Assembly (NCBI RefSeq): GCF_001194135.2
Contig: NC_068982.1
Span: forward strand, 21,410,530-21,474,529
DNA length: 64,000 nt
Direction: 5' to 3'
DNA from: Octopus bimaculoides
Taxonomy: Eukaryota
Positions 52,137 through 64,000 of the stretch are shown one piece after another. The notes beneath the pieces are model-generated. The model was not told where the DNA came from. It was given only the letters and a program-made list of their open reading frames with translations, and ran no database searches. A program made the translations under genes and the position numbers. How positions within the stretch are numbered: the stretch's first letter is position 1; the number at the start of each line of letters is the position of its first letter.

Positions 52137-52659
52137 GTGAATAAGGCCATACATATACACATACATACATACATACATGCATGCATACATACATACATAC
52201 ATGCATACACACATACATACATACATACATACATACATACACACATACATACATACATACATATATACATAGTCGCTTCTATATTCATGATGTTTTATGG
52301 TAGTGATCCGACGTACTTTTCTGAAAATGTATATTTGTTCATATATTAAAATGGTTAATAAAATATTGTTATAAAAGTACAGAGTAGCAAAGTGTTTCAA
52401 GAAAAAAAAAAAACATATACAGCTACGTCATCTTGATTGACCTAAACAACAAGAAAAGCAATTTGCAAACGGAATATGAAATTGTTTTTAATAAATCATT
52501 TTGGCATTATAAACTAATATTTCACATTCTTTATTCCAAGGAGCCAAACCACGCTACTACGAGTATGGAATATTTGCATTTCACATATATAAGTGTAAAC
52601 CCCTACCCAACCACACCCACACGTATAAATATTCATATACATATATATAGGGGGGGGAG

Positions 52660-52810
52660 AATTCACAAAAAAGAAGAGACGAAATCAGGTGGTGTAGACA
52701 ACAAACAGATGTATTAGTATAACACTCGGGAAGTGAAAAAGTCTTTAACGTTTCGAGACTACGCTCTTTCACAGAAAAGAACACAGAAAGAAACAAGGAG
52801 AGAAAAAAGG
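52660..52810 (-). mobile_element. Probable Penelope-type terminal repeat with degenerate hammerhead motif
   Basis: Minus strand at 52780-52741: tctttt CTGTGAAA gag cgtagt ctc GAAAC GTT aaagac. It has stem II, a palindromic AACGTT helix III and near-complementary stem I strands. The core CUGANGA is corrupted. Confidence 0.5.
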
Positions 52811-52868
52811 AAAGAAAGTAAGAATGTGTAGTGACTAGCGATCTATCATGGAGAAATATGTATATATA

Positions 52869-52877
52869 TTTTTCTAC

Positions 52878-52911
<34 letters not shown>

Positions 52912-52920
52912 GTAGAAAAA
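52869..52920. repeat. Perfect 52-bp palindrome centred on (AT)n
   Basis: tttttctacataat(at)n attatgtagaaaaa is self-complementary base by base. Confidence 0.95.
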
Positions 52921-53214
52921 ATGTCAAGGTAGAAAATGCTAAAATAATTTTATAAAGAACATTTCTATATCGTTGTTGTTGTATTTGTGGCAGTCCTTCA
53001 GACTTTTTCACCTTTAAATATGGAAAACAATTAAATTTTGAAAAAATTAGATGACAAATATTTTAAAAGAATATTGGCATAGTATTCAAATAGAAGTGGC
53101 ATTTTCCTTGTTTCTGCCGGTCTCTGTCTCTCTTCTTTATCCTTGTAGGTTGGAGGTCTTTGTGAATTCTTGGCAAAGAAGATATACATGTGCATGTGCG
53201 TGTGAGTGTGTATA

Positions 53215-53614
53215 CTCTTTTACTCTTTTACTTGTCTCAGTCATTTCACTGCGGCCATGCTAGAGCACCACCTTTAGTCGAACAAAACGACCTCAGGACT
53301 TATTCTTTGTAAGCCAGGTAGTTATTGTATTGGTTTCTTTTGCCGAAACGCTAGATTACGAGGAGGTAAACACTGGCAAGCTGCGGTGGGAGTACAAACA
53401 CTGACAGACAAACAGACATACACACAAATACACATATACATACATATATATGTGTGTATACGACGGGCATCTTACAGTTTACGTCTGCCAAATCTCCTCA
53501 CAAGGCTTTGCTCGGCCCAAACTATGGTAGAAAACAACTGCCAAAAGTGCGACGCAGTGGGACTGAACTCAGAACCATGCGGTTGGTAAGCAAGCTACTT
53601 ACCACACAGCTACT
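53215..53614 (-). mobile_element. SINE family A, full length
   Basis: ctcttttactcttttacttgtctcagtcatttcactgcggccatgctagagcacc...gggactgaactcagaaccatgcggttggtaagcaagctacttaccacacagctac. Confidence 0.9.
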
Positions 53615-53789
53615 TTCACACACACACACACATATATATTTGTTTGCATGAATAAATGGATGGATGGATGGATGGGTGTGGTTGTGGGTGAGCGTGTGCT
53701 TATATTTATCTTTATATTCTTGTGTGTGTGGTGTCTGTGTCATCTACAACCGCTTGAAAGCTGCTGTTAGTTTCCTCGTCTCCCAGTGA

Positions 53790-53847
53790 CTTAGCTAGCT
53801 AGCTAGCTAGATAGATAGATAGATAGATGGATAGATAGTAGTAGTAC

Positions 53848-53901
<54 letters not shown>

Positions 53902-53940
53902 CAGTAGCAGTAGCAGCAGCAGCAACAGTTATAGTAGTAA
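53790..53940. repeat. Compound (AGCT)n(AGAT)n(AGT)n(AGC)n microsatellite
   Basis: Direct reading. Confidence 0.95.
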
Positions 53941-54189
53941 TAGAAGTATTAATAACAGCAGTATAGGTGCTATTTTGGGATGTGGTCTTTCGCAATCTTT
54001 TTTGGTGTCTCGTTATTGATTATCATAATGTATTTTAGCCTCGTGTAATTTCAGAAGAATCAGAAAACCATGTCAAAAAAAAAAAAATAGATGGAGTATT
54101 TAACTCCCATTTAAACAAAGTGGTCTGTAATGTATATTTGTGCCTTGTTGTTCTATTAGTACTTGAGCTCCAGTTTAAACATCATCGAG

Positions 54190-54700
54190 CGCTCCTCGTG
54201 TACAGAGCAAGCGTGAGCCACATACCTATGTTCCCCAATATATTACAATGGTTCTTTCCAACTGAGGATCAGACTGTATAATCCGATGGAATGGTGGATG
54301 ATACGGTATATTGTATGGTAGTCTCGACATACTGTATTTCCTGCTCTGTCAGATTGAAATTATTTGTTTGCATTATTGTGGTGAATACAATGGATATCTA
54401 CAGGGCGGACTTTGGACGCCTCAGTTGCTCTTCCGCTGAAGAAATTGCTGATGGTGTGCAGCATAGAACCGTGCTTTCATCTATTGATATAGCTGTTATT
54501 TCTGCGTGTGACTGTATTTTTCTAGGCTGTGTGGGACAAATAGTCTATTATAATGTAATAGCATCTTGATTTGTTTCGTTCGTGACAGGATTTTTTTAAG
54601 GTAGTTCTTAATATATTGGCAAAATTTGGATTTAAATACGTGAACCTCACATATCTAAATGGCGTTTCATTGTTTGTGTTGTTTTGTTCAGGAAGATGTT
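54190..54700 (-). mobile_element. Probable decayed Penelope-like element (RT C-terminus / GIY-YIG remnant)
   Basis: Minus-strand fragments in order: ETPFRYV (about ELPFLDV), RLPYNIPYHPPFHRIIQSDPQL (about LxYHP..ILQSDPxL), and YIGEHR..VHEE (about YIGET..VHR). It contains many stops and frameshifts. Confidence 0.5.
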
Positions 54701-55159
54701 CATGATTTTCGATGTTTTCATCCTTCAATAATACGTAGTGCGTTGCTGAATATTTTGTGTAGATTACCGTGCATGGTTTTGTTCATATTAGCAGCCATTC
54801 CATTATAGTTTTAATGTATCTTTGCAGCTCTGTGTTGTTTTCTTATGCCTGGCCAACTGTGGTAATAGTGATTATCGAACATATGCTTACGCAACAAGAT
54901 CTTTTTTTATAAGTATTTTGCGTATTGTGTAAACGTCAATGTTGTGTAGGAATGAGATGGTAATGGCTCACGCGTTGCTATCGGTGGTTGTTTTGTGCTT
55001 GAATTATGTTGGGCGAAGTAGTAAGAGGATGAGAAAACGGAAGTGGAGGACAAAGGTGTAGAAGAAGCAGAAGTAGCCGTATCAGAAAATGCAGCGGCTG
55101 TAATGTGGAAATGACAAAAGGGGAGAAAATGATCTGATAATTTTGATAGTAAAACTTGT

Positions 55160-55532
55160 AACAAGAGCACTCCGAGAGAGAGCAAACCTCCGCCAAGGCA
55201 ACATCAGCTTCCTCTCGACGATTAGCAAGAGATGATTTTTCAAATGAAAATATTTGAAATAAACTCGACTGCTCTCACAAAGGAGAACACTAAAATGAAC
55301 CCGACCGCTCTCAAAAATTAAGTAAAAGAACAGGAAAAAGTATTCAGAATCCTTGTCTGGTACTGCATCAATCCCGAAATCTAATCATTTCGTGCCGTTT
55401 ATGAGGCCAAACATCCCTGAAAGTTTCATCCGAATCCATCAAGCGGGTTTTGAGATATCTTGTCCACGATCAAACAAACAAACAAACATGACTGAAAACA
55501 ATACCTCCGCATACGCAAAGGCGGAGGTAATA
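55160..55532 (-). mobile_element. Non-autonomous Helentron/Helitron2-type element (DINE-1-like HINE)
   Basis: The minus-strand 5' end attacctccgcctttgcgtatgcggaggtattg has a sub-TIR plus nearby inverted repeat, followed by a (GTTT)n tract and gatatctcaaaa..ggattcggatgaaactttcagg. The 3' end has sub-TIR ggcggaggt, a short GC hairpin (gctctctcggagtgc) and a TT end. Confidence 0.75.
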
Positions 55533-57959
55533 ATGCTCATAAATATTTTAATACATTTGGTAGTATCACTAGAAACAGAATCTCGTCTGTAGCGTAACTA
55601 TGTGCTCTACCGCAGCAATATTGGGGGGAAGTGTTGGAAGTTAACAGACCGTAGGGTGATAGTAATAGGTGAAGCTCGCTTCCTAGTAGATTGACTAGTT
55701 GACACCTTGACAAATTGTTCCAAGAATGAAATGCACATATTATTCCAATTTGAAGGGAAAAGCTTTCCAACCTTTTAGCACTCGTGTGACAAAGTAAATT
55801 TATATAAATATAATTAATATTATTTTTGAAATCGTTATATATGGGCACCGTCTCGGTGAAGATTTAAGCAGATTTTTTCAATTCCTCAAATGTTAATTCT
55901 AACTAGGTCTTTAAATACGTTAAAAGACTACTCTTGATGTTCGCGAACTCCTCATTTGGTATACTGTAAGATTTGTAATATAATTTTGTTAGCTGTAAAA
56001 TCACAGAAATTCACGGTAGTAAGATTACTGGTTATTTATATTTAAGGTAAAATAATGTCTCTCAATTATTACAGTAAGACGGTAATTATCACAACGAGAC
56101 GGTAAGTGCTTCATTTCTCTCTAATCCTAAATTAATTCACCGTATTTTATGTTTAGCTTGTGTATACCTATGTATTCGCATCTAACAACGGAATTAAAGA
56201 ATTGCCTACCATCGATGAATATTTCTGAGGAATCTCTCTTAACTACTTGAATTACATACATTTAAACCTATTTCCTGTGTCTTCGATAACATTTTCTTAA
56301 CTCAAGGGTGTTTGTTTGATAGACAGAATGATAAACATCAACAATGTTTCAAAGGGCGAAGCTAAAGAAATGCTTATTATAATTCTTTTTAACGAGTCTT
56401 ATTTAGACTATTGTTGTACTGCTTACTACGTGTAGGTTGCCTTTCTTATTTAATTGTGAATTATTCTTAATGCTTAAATGCAACATTGTTTTAGCTAGAG
56501 CCATTCATTTTCATCTCTTTGAGTCCCTAAACCATGAAGAACATTTCACGCACAGCAAGGCATTCTAATCTCTTTTCTAATTTCACTGTTTAATTCATTT
56601 CCTTGGCTTCAGTATTTATATCATTATACCTATATCTTCTAGTGTTTCTGAAATTCTTAGTGACTTTCTGATTATTTAATTTCTATATATGCTGCTTTTT
56701 CATATATGTTGTTGCTCTTATCAGTGACAATGAAAATAATATTTACATCTATTGTGAAATGTTAAGCACAAGGTGTAAGCTTATTTTCACATAGATTCGT
56801 GTATTCATGCAAGTGCATGTTTGCCATAATATCCAAGGGATTGGTTATCAATGGCATGAGATATAAAATCTGCTTTTGTGGGCATCATCTTCCTTTTTCT
56901 CTCTGTGTGTGTATTTACATCAGAGTGTTCTGCGGCGGGTTCAGCGGTCTCGGGAACATAAAAAAAAATATTTCTTAAATACACGTTGCATATTTTCTGA
57001 CCGTCACTTAGGTAATCACTGTAGTATGGATACGCATCGTGGAATTCAGAAATTATATGCAGCTATGTTTAGTGTCAATATTTTTGGTCATGGGTAGTAT
57101 GCAATAGTGTTTACTTCATCGTAAATCATATGCTGCATGGACATTGATGAATCGTAAATGTCATGATATGTTTCTATTCATACAATGTGATGTCTCTCAA
57201 AACTCTGGAACATGTATCTATAAGACGGAAACGCATAATAAAAAGATCCTTGAATTTTAAAAAAGCCAGAGCGATCCTCCGGTACACGAAAATACATCTT
57301 CTATAAACATGACACCATCGAGCGATTTTTCAGCCAAAATTTATAAGCTATTATTTATAGTTTTCTCTACTTCTAGTATAATTCATGTCTTCTGGAGTTA
57401 CTAAACTTTCATGTCGTTAACATTATATATACCGCAACGGTGCACGTCGTGTAGGTATCTTTGACTATAACTCCAGGTCAACCAAAACGTTGTGAGCGGA
57501 TTTGATTGACATAAATTGAAACAATTCCGTTGTGCACGCATGCGTGGGTGCTTGTGTGTGCATGCATACATGTATATATATAAATATATATATACATACA
57601 TACATATATATATATAAATACATATACATATCAGCAAATATACATACATATATCTAAATATATAAAATATATAGTTTTAGGGAAAATAACCAATTTTCAA
57701 GAACTCATCGATGAAAATCCACTGATTTTAATTGAGTTTTTTACCTATAATTTTGGATTTTGTCCCTAATATTATTATATATCTAAATATATATATACAT
57801 GTCAGTAAATATACATACGTGTATGGATATATGACAGAAACGTGATGGAAAGGCCAATTTAAAATCGGATAGATAGAAACTAACGGAATGAGCCTCGACA
57901 TTTCAGAGAGATAGGGAGAGAAATAGAGAGAGATAGAAAGAAATAGAGAATGTAGGGTG

Positions 57960-58002
<43 letters not shown>

Positions 58003-58709
58003 TGTGTATTTGCGCGTAAATCTCATGAATTTCTGAAATAAGGTGAACTACCTGCACCATTCAGTGACTGTAATGTACATATGTATGTCGCTGTATAGAA
58101 CAAAATCCGCTTCTATCGGTATGTATTAGCACTTGTGTATAACTGTAAGAGCTTGAATGTGTATATGTTTGCAACAGTGACGCTAGCACAGCATAAAATC
58201 ATAAATTTGGTGCTGTAAAAATAACTCGGAACATATTTTTTTGTCAAGAAATACATATAAGAATGTGCGCACGATTACGTGCCTGTATACGAATGAATTT
58301 CAAACAGAAGCACGCACATACATATATACATATATACACATATACACATGTGTGTGTATGTATGTGAGCATGTGTCTCTGCGTGCTTGTAGACGTGTAGT
58401 TACAAGCACACACGTTCAAAGCTAACAGCATGCATGGAGACACACACTCTATGTGCACCTATCAATATTTAATAAAAGTACGTCTCCAAAAACTAGAATT
58501 CTCAAAATGCAGTCAAAGACACTTAAAAATGTATATAAAATGCTGTAATTTTTTTTCTTTATACCCCACGCGCCCCCACCGTCACAAATCATGAAAAAAA
58601 GTCTGTTATCGTCTTTGGCTAATCACAACCAAAATCTGCATTACTAAAAAGCATATATCGATTGTGACCTAACCTCAAAAAAAAAATGCATCAACACTTA
58701 ACAAATAGC

Positions 58710-58789
<80 letters not shown>
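58710..58789. repeat. (AAT)n microsatellite
   Basis: Direct reading. Confidence 0.98.
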
Positions 58790-58790
<1 letters not shown>

Positions 58791-59399
58791 TGTAAGTGCT
58801 TCTGTGGCAATCAATTCTTCACATATCGTTGGAACCGGTAAAGCGATTTATATATGAAAAAATAAAAATAAAAGAATAATTATTGAAAATAGCATTATAA
58901 AACCAAAAATGAAATCCAGTGTGCATTTTGATAATTTTTGTGTAAGATGCTCAGAGTGGATGGTCTGTTGCTGCATGAGGGGTTGTGTGTTGAGGCCGGG
59001 GTGTTCCTCAAATGTGAATGATGTTTGTCTGCTTGTGTATGATCGTGTTTGTGTAGGCGACAGATCGGTGGTATTAGTGTGCGTGTGTGTGTGTGTTTCT
59101 GTGGTAGAGTGGATATGTTAAGCAGCATGGCATGATTACGTCAAGTTAATTGTAGACCGATGATATTTCACATTTGGAAATTGAAGAAGTGAAAGTTAAA
59201 AATAAAAAAAAAGGAAAATGGAAATCAGTGAGGTACAGATAGAAAGATAGAAAGACGGAGGGAAGGAAAGAAAGAAAGAAAGAAAGAGATAAAGGGAGAA
59301 AGAAAAAGAAATATTCCTTGTTATTGTTATTGTTGGTGTTTTCTTTTATAGCCACTGACTTGAAAGTTTGATGTCGAAATGGATTAAATTGAATATTAA

Positions 59400-60050
59400 T
59401 GCACAATGTACAAGTGCATGCCCTTCCTTGTTAGTATTGTTATTACTGTTGTTGGTGTTGTTGTTATTGATGTTGTTTTAACTTTTTTTTTCTTTTTTAC
59501 TTTGTTTATGACTTTTGATTTGGTTTCACTTTTATTGTTGTTGTTGTTGTTGTTGTTATTGCTGATCATAATGGGGAGAGGGGTCAAATGAGACGAATGA
59601 AAAATGGAGGAGGTGAAAGTAATGATGGTTGCGGCGGTGGTGAGCATCGTATTGATGATGATGATGTTGATGAGGTGGAGCATGACAATGCAGACAAGGG
59701 TGAGGAGGACGACGACGGTGAAGGTAATAATAATGATGATGATGATGATGATAATGATGATGATGATGGCGACCACTACAACACCGACGACAACAGAGAT
59801 GGCGACGGCGTTGAGAATCATGTGCATGCTAATTTTATTTATTTATTTTAATTTAACATTCCTTTTAATTTCTGTTATTTTATTGTTGAATATTCTGATG
59901 GTTGTGTCAATGTAAGGAGATGACGATGAAAATGAGGACAATGATGATGATGATGATGATGAAGAATGCCATGCTGCTGCTGGTGATGATGATGGAGATA
60001 ACAATGATAACAATATTGATAATGATAATAATAATAATAATAATCAATTT
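59400..60050. repeat. Cryptic trinucleotide low-complexity tract (TTG/GAT/AAT)
   Basis: Shuffled triplet runs that give homopolymeric ORFs in several frames on both strands. Confidence 0.9.
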
Positions 60051-61620
60051 AAATTAAAATAATATTATAAGGTGTAGAGCTAGTCATGGTGATTAGGATC
60101 ATGTTACTGCTTTTATAGAGGCTGATATTTTTTTGAAATATATTTTTTCATTTTTATTTCTGATGATGTTGTTGCTACATCAGTTCTGTTTTTATTATTG
60201 TTGTTTCTCGCTCTTGGTGTAATTGTTGATCATTTTCTTGTTAATGTTGACTTTAATGATATTGATAGTAGTCGTTTCTGTCTGTGTTATATGACTTTCG
60301 TTGTTGTTCTTATTTTCGCTGGTGTCTTTAATATTTTGCGCAGCAGTCTCCCGGTTTATTACAGGTTATTAACTAACGCACAATGCTCAACTATTCTTTG
60401 ATATATCCTTTGGCTTAATGCGGGATTTCTTTTACAGAAATTTCTTAATGGGATATATAGTTTCGATGCTACAATTGATACGACTAGATGCTATTGAGCT
60501 AGCCGTATAACTAATGCATTTCCTCAATCTATCTCTGTATCACTCAAATGGATTTAATTTATACCATTATCATTTCAAATAATTCGACTTTCTTCCAACA
60601 GCCTTTGGCTCATTTTTCAAACTATTTCCACTATCTGCAGAATAAGAGTGATAGCTGACTTTTTTACTACAACACTGCAATGCTCATGTATCTTGTATGT
60701 TCGAAACACAAAGTTATCATAACAGATATAGTCCATGAACTTTTAACAAAGATCCATAGATTCAAAACAATGGCTAAAACATATTCTCTCTTGTGTATAT
60801 ATATATTCCTGTTTGCTGTCAAGTTGACGAATGAACCCCGTGACTTCTGTAACAAGTAAAGATGACATGTCATAAAAGAAAACAAAAATGCGTGAGAGAG
60901 TCGAATATGCTTTTTTTCACTGCATTCCTAAAGAAAAGCCTTTTGTTTTCCTTTTTTAAATTCACCATCTCTGTATCTAGTTTTGACAGAATGAGTAACA
61001 TAACAACATCAGCACTTGAACAGTATCTGATGCATTAGTATAAACGAAGTTGAGGGAAAAACAACCATCGGTTGGTTTTCATCTGACGAGAGTCCAGTCC
61101 ATGCTTTATGATAATGTAAAACATTGACGTTGTATGATATTATTGTATCGTTTTTGTATTCATTTTACTTAATAAACTTTTATTAAATATTAATTATGTA
61201 TGGCGATAATAACATCTATCAGTGACGAAAGACATTTTGTTAGTATTTTGGGGAAGAGAGGTAGGGCGATTTTAAGTCTATGCAAGATTATTTATATTTA
61301 TAAAATACTTCGGTATTCATCAAATTTGACCGAGTAGTGCACTAAGAATTTTCTACACTTTTACGAATTAAGTGATTTCAATCATTGCATCCAGGTTATT
61401 CCCAATTTTAGTTGGTCGTATTAGCCGCAGCACATAATTCAGTTTTGTGCTCATTTTTATAATTCAGCTATTCGCAAAAGCACTGAGTTAGGGGCTGTAA
61501 AGTAACAAAAAGTTCGCACTCATACATACACATGTGCTCAATAATTGATATATGTGAGCGCGCGCGTTGCATGTAGGGAAACCTGTTGTATACACACAAG
61601 CGCGCGCGCATACATACACA

Positions 61621-61661
<41 letters not shown>

Positions 61662-61677
61662 ATATATATATGTATAT

Positions 61678-62052
61678 AGGCGCAGGAATGGCTGTGTGGT
61701 AAGTAGTTTGCCTACCAACCACATGGTACCAAGTTCAGTCCCACTACATGGCATCTTGTAAAAGTGACTTCTACTATAGCCTCGGACTGACCAAAACCTT
61801 GTCAGTGGGTTTGGTAGACGGAAACTGGAAGAAACCAGTCGTGTGTGTGTATATGTTTGCGTTTGTAAACCCACCCGCCTACCATCGCTTGACAACCGAT
61901 GCTTTTGTGTTTACCTCCCCGTATCTTAGCGGTTCGGCAAAAGATACCGAGAGAATATGTACTAGGCATACAACGAATAAGTCTTGGGATCGATTTTCTC
62001 GACTAAAGTTAGTGCTCCAGCATAGCCGCAATAACTGAAACAAATAAAAGAA
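61678..62052 (+). mobile_element. SINE family A, full length
   Basis: aggcgcaggaatggctgtgtggtaag (A-box) ... aagttcagtccc (B-box-like) ... ttagcggttcggcaaaag ... gctccagcatagccgcaataactgaaacaaataaaagaa. It resembles described octopus tRNA-derived SINEs (OK/OR types); named family not verified. Confidence 0.92.
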
Positions 62053-63266
62053 TATATATATATATATANNNNNNNNNNNNNNNNNNNNNNNNNNNNNNNN
62101 NNNNNNNNNNNNNNNNNNNNNNNNNNNNNNNNNNNNNNNNNNNNNNNNNNNNNNNNNNNNNNNNNNNNNNNNNNNNNNNNNNNNNNNNNNNNATATATAT
62201 ATTTACTCAATATGTTTGTTAGAGTACAAACTTATTTTCCTTTAACACGAATAGTATTGACAGAAAAGTTGAAGACAGGCCAACATCTTGGCTGTGTATT
62301 GTCTCTGTAACAATGTTCTAGGGTTACCAGAATTCTGCTGAATGATATTTATGCCGTATGTTAGGTTGTCGTGGTAAGATGGTACGAACAATTTTTATTG
62401 ATTAAATTTGCGGAAATACTACTGGTTATATTTTGTTCATGCATATATAGCTCTGTATGCTTATGCGTCTCATCTTCAGGTCAAAGTGTTTCACAAAAGC
62501 ATGTAGCAATGTCTTAAGTCAGCAGATCTGTCAGATGGTTCAGTTATTGTTGCTTATATATAGATATTAACAGGATACCTTTTGCTTTGAGAACGTCCCG
62601 CGTTTCAACCGCAATCTATGTGTGGTTTTTGTATTTTAGCCTTGAGGAATTTGGTACTGAATGAATGACAAACGAATGTGAGTGGTGAGGCTGATTTGAT
62701 TGGCACGTTAGTATTATTTCAGGTTTTTTTTAATATATATATATTGAGACAGTGTCAACAATTTAGTATTTCACAGTGATATTAGTATGGAGAAATTGCT
62801 CAACAAATTTTTTAATGTTCACAAAAGTACGCAGGAAGATTTCGTGGTTGTTGGTCAGCATAAGTGTCTGTAGTGGAACATCATTCAACAAAAACTTTTG
62901 GTTGCGATCTATAGCGCTTAAAGTATGTGTTAAAGGAGATAAAATTTGTAAATTGTTTTTAATAGATATTTCTATATTCGGTATAAGACATGGGAAGATT
63001 TTATACGTAATTCGTATTTATTAAAAAGTGTGAAATGCGTGCATTATAAAGAGTACGAAGGGAATTCTAAACTAGGTTATTTTCCTTATTTTCCTTGTAT
63101 AGATACATTTGGGTGTGGTTTTTAGGTGTGAGGACTTGTTTCAGAAAATTATATGGAACCATATTTCAAAATGTGGGGACTTGTAGTTAATTTCGTCTTG
63201 ATTTGCTTAGTGTATTAGTTTTTAATCTGTGTTACTATGAGGGTATACATGTATGCTTATATATAC

Positions 63267-63460
<194 letters not shown>

Positions 63461-64000
63461 GAGGGAAATTAAAAGAGATAGGGGAGAGAAGGAGATGAAA
63501 CAGATTCCCATACAGTTTTTTTATATTCCGTATAGCAAATTCTGGTCTTGGGCGATAGTAAAAAACAGTTACCCAAGAATCGAAACAAGAAGGACATGGT
63601 TGCCAATTAAAATTGTCACCCCCTCGGTTATTGCTACGACAAAACCTAAGTGTTTCATGCGAATATAAATTCTGGAGATTAGATTATCATTTAATTCTAT
63701 CACGGTTTTGTATTTTCCGTAGATAACAATCAAACAGCAAATAATCATGAATAGAGTGGCACTTTTCTGTTGTTATTTTAAAAAAAAAGTTTTCAATGCT
63801 ATTTCATAAGATAATTTACGTTTGTATAAAAGCATATATGAAGATTCTATAACTTCCTATTGCACATTGATATGGTTTGGAATTAGTATATTCTTTTGGA
63901 AAAAGGAATGAACAGTTTTGCTAATATTGTTGACAGAAAGTTTTCCATTATATGTTTTATTCGTATTTATACTTATTTTTTATGTTGCTGTCGTAGTTTT

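Noticed and set aside
59396-59915. Acidic/Asn-rich ORF (MRRMKNGGGESND...DDDD) and overlapping poly-I/M/V ORFs
   Set aside because: Trinucleotide low-complexity DNA is open in several frames on both strands, and there are no convincing splice signals.
39511-62660. Chain of phase-compatible micro-exons (39511-39569, 56074-56100, 62640 onward)
   Set aside because: Can be joined in frame but yields no recognisable protein, and the acceptors are weak; likely over-fitting.

Overview
This is a 64-kb eukaryotic, AT-rich, repeat-dominated draft-assembly window with 13 N-gaps (2909-3254, 22495-22898, 25926-26235, 27041-27153, 29169-29997, 41650-41727, 43443-43469, 44236-44933, 45598-45671, 47780-48162, 48873-49089, 50411-50513, 62069-62192), most abutting microsatellites. 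The SINE complement and microsatellite load look like a coleoid cephalopod, probably Octopus; this is inference from recalled repeat sequences, not a database hit. No protein-coding gene can be called with confidence. Almost all track ORFs are microsatellite, gap, SINE or chance ORFs, and only a few low-confidence candidate exons remain. Well supported: about 18 tRNA-derived SINE copies of three families, an internally deleted mariner, the 3' end of an R4/Dong-type restriction-like-endonuclease (RLE) LINE sitting inside a (TACA)n microsatellite with a nested mini-SINE, a Helentron-type non-autonomous element, a probable Penelope-like (PLE) remnant, local duplications and several long foldback (inverted-repeat) elements. 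The most interesting signal is a set of hammerhead-ribozyme (HHR) motifs. One has an intact core in a 450-bp foldback whose other arm carries a twin, one degenerate motif belongs to a tRNA-headed element, and one lies in a PLE-type terminal repeat. Together they suggest a retrozyme-like or ribozyme-SINE system. All alignments and translations were done by eye.
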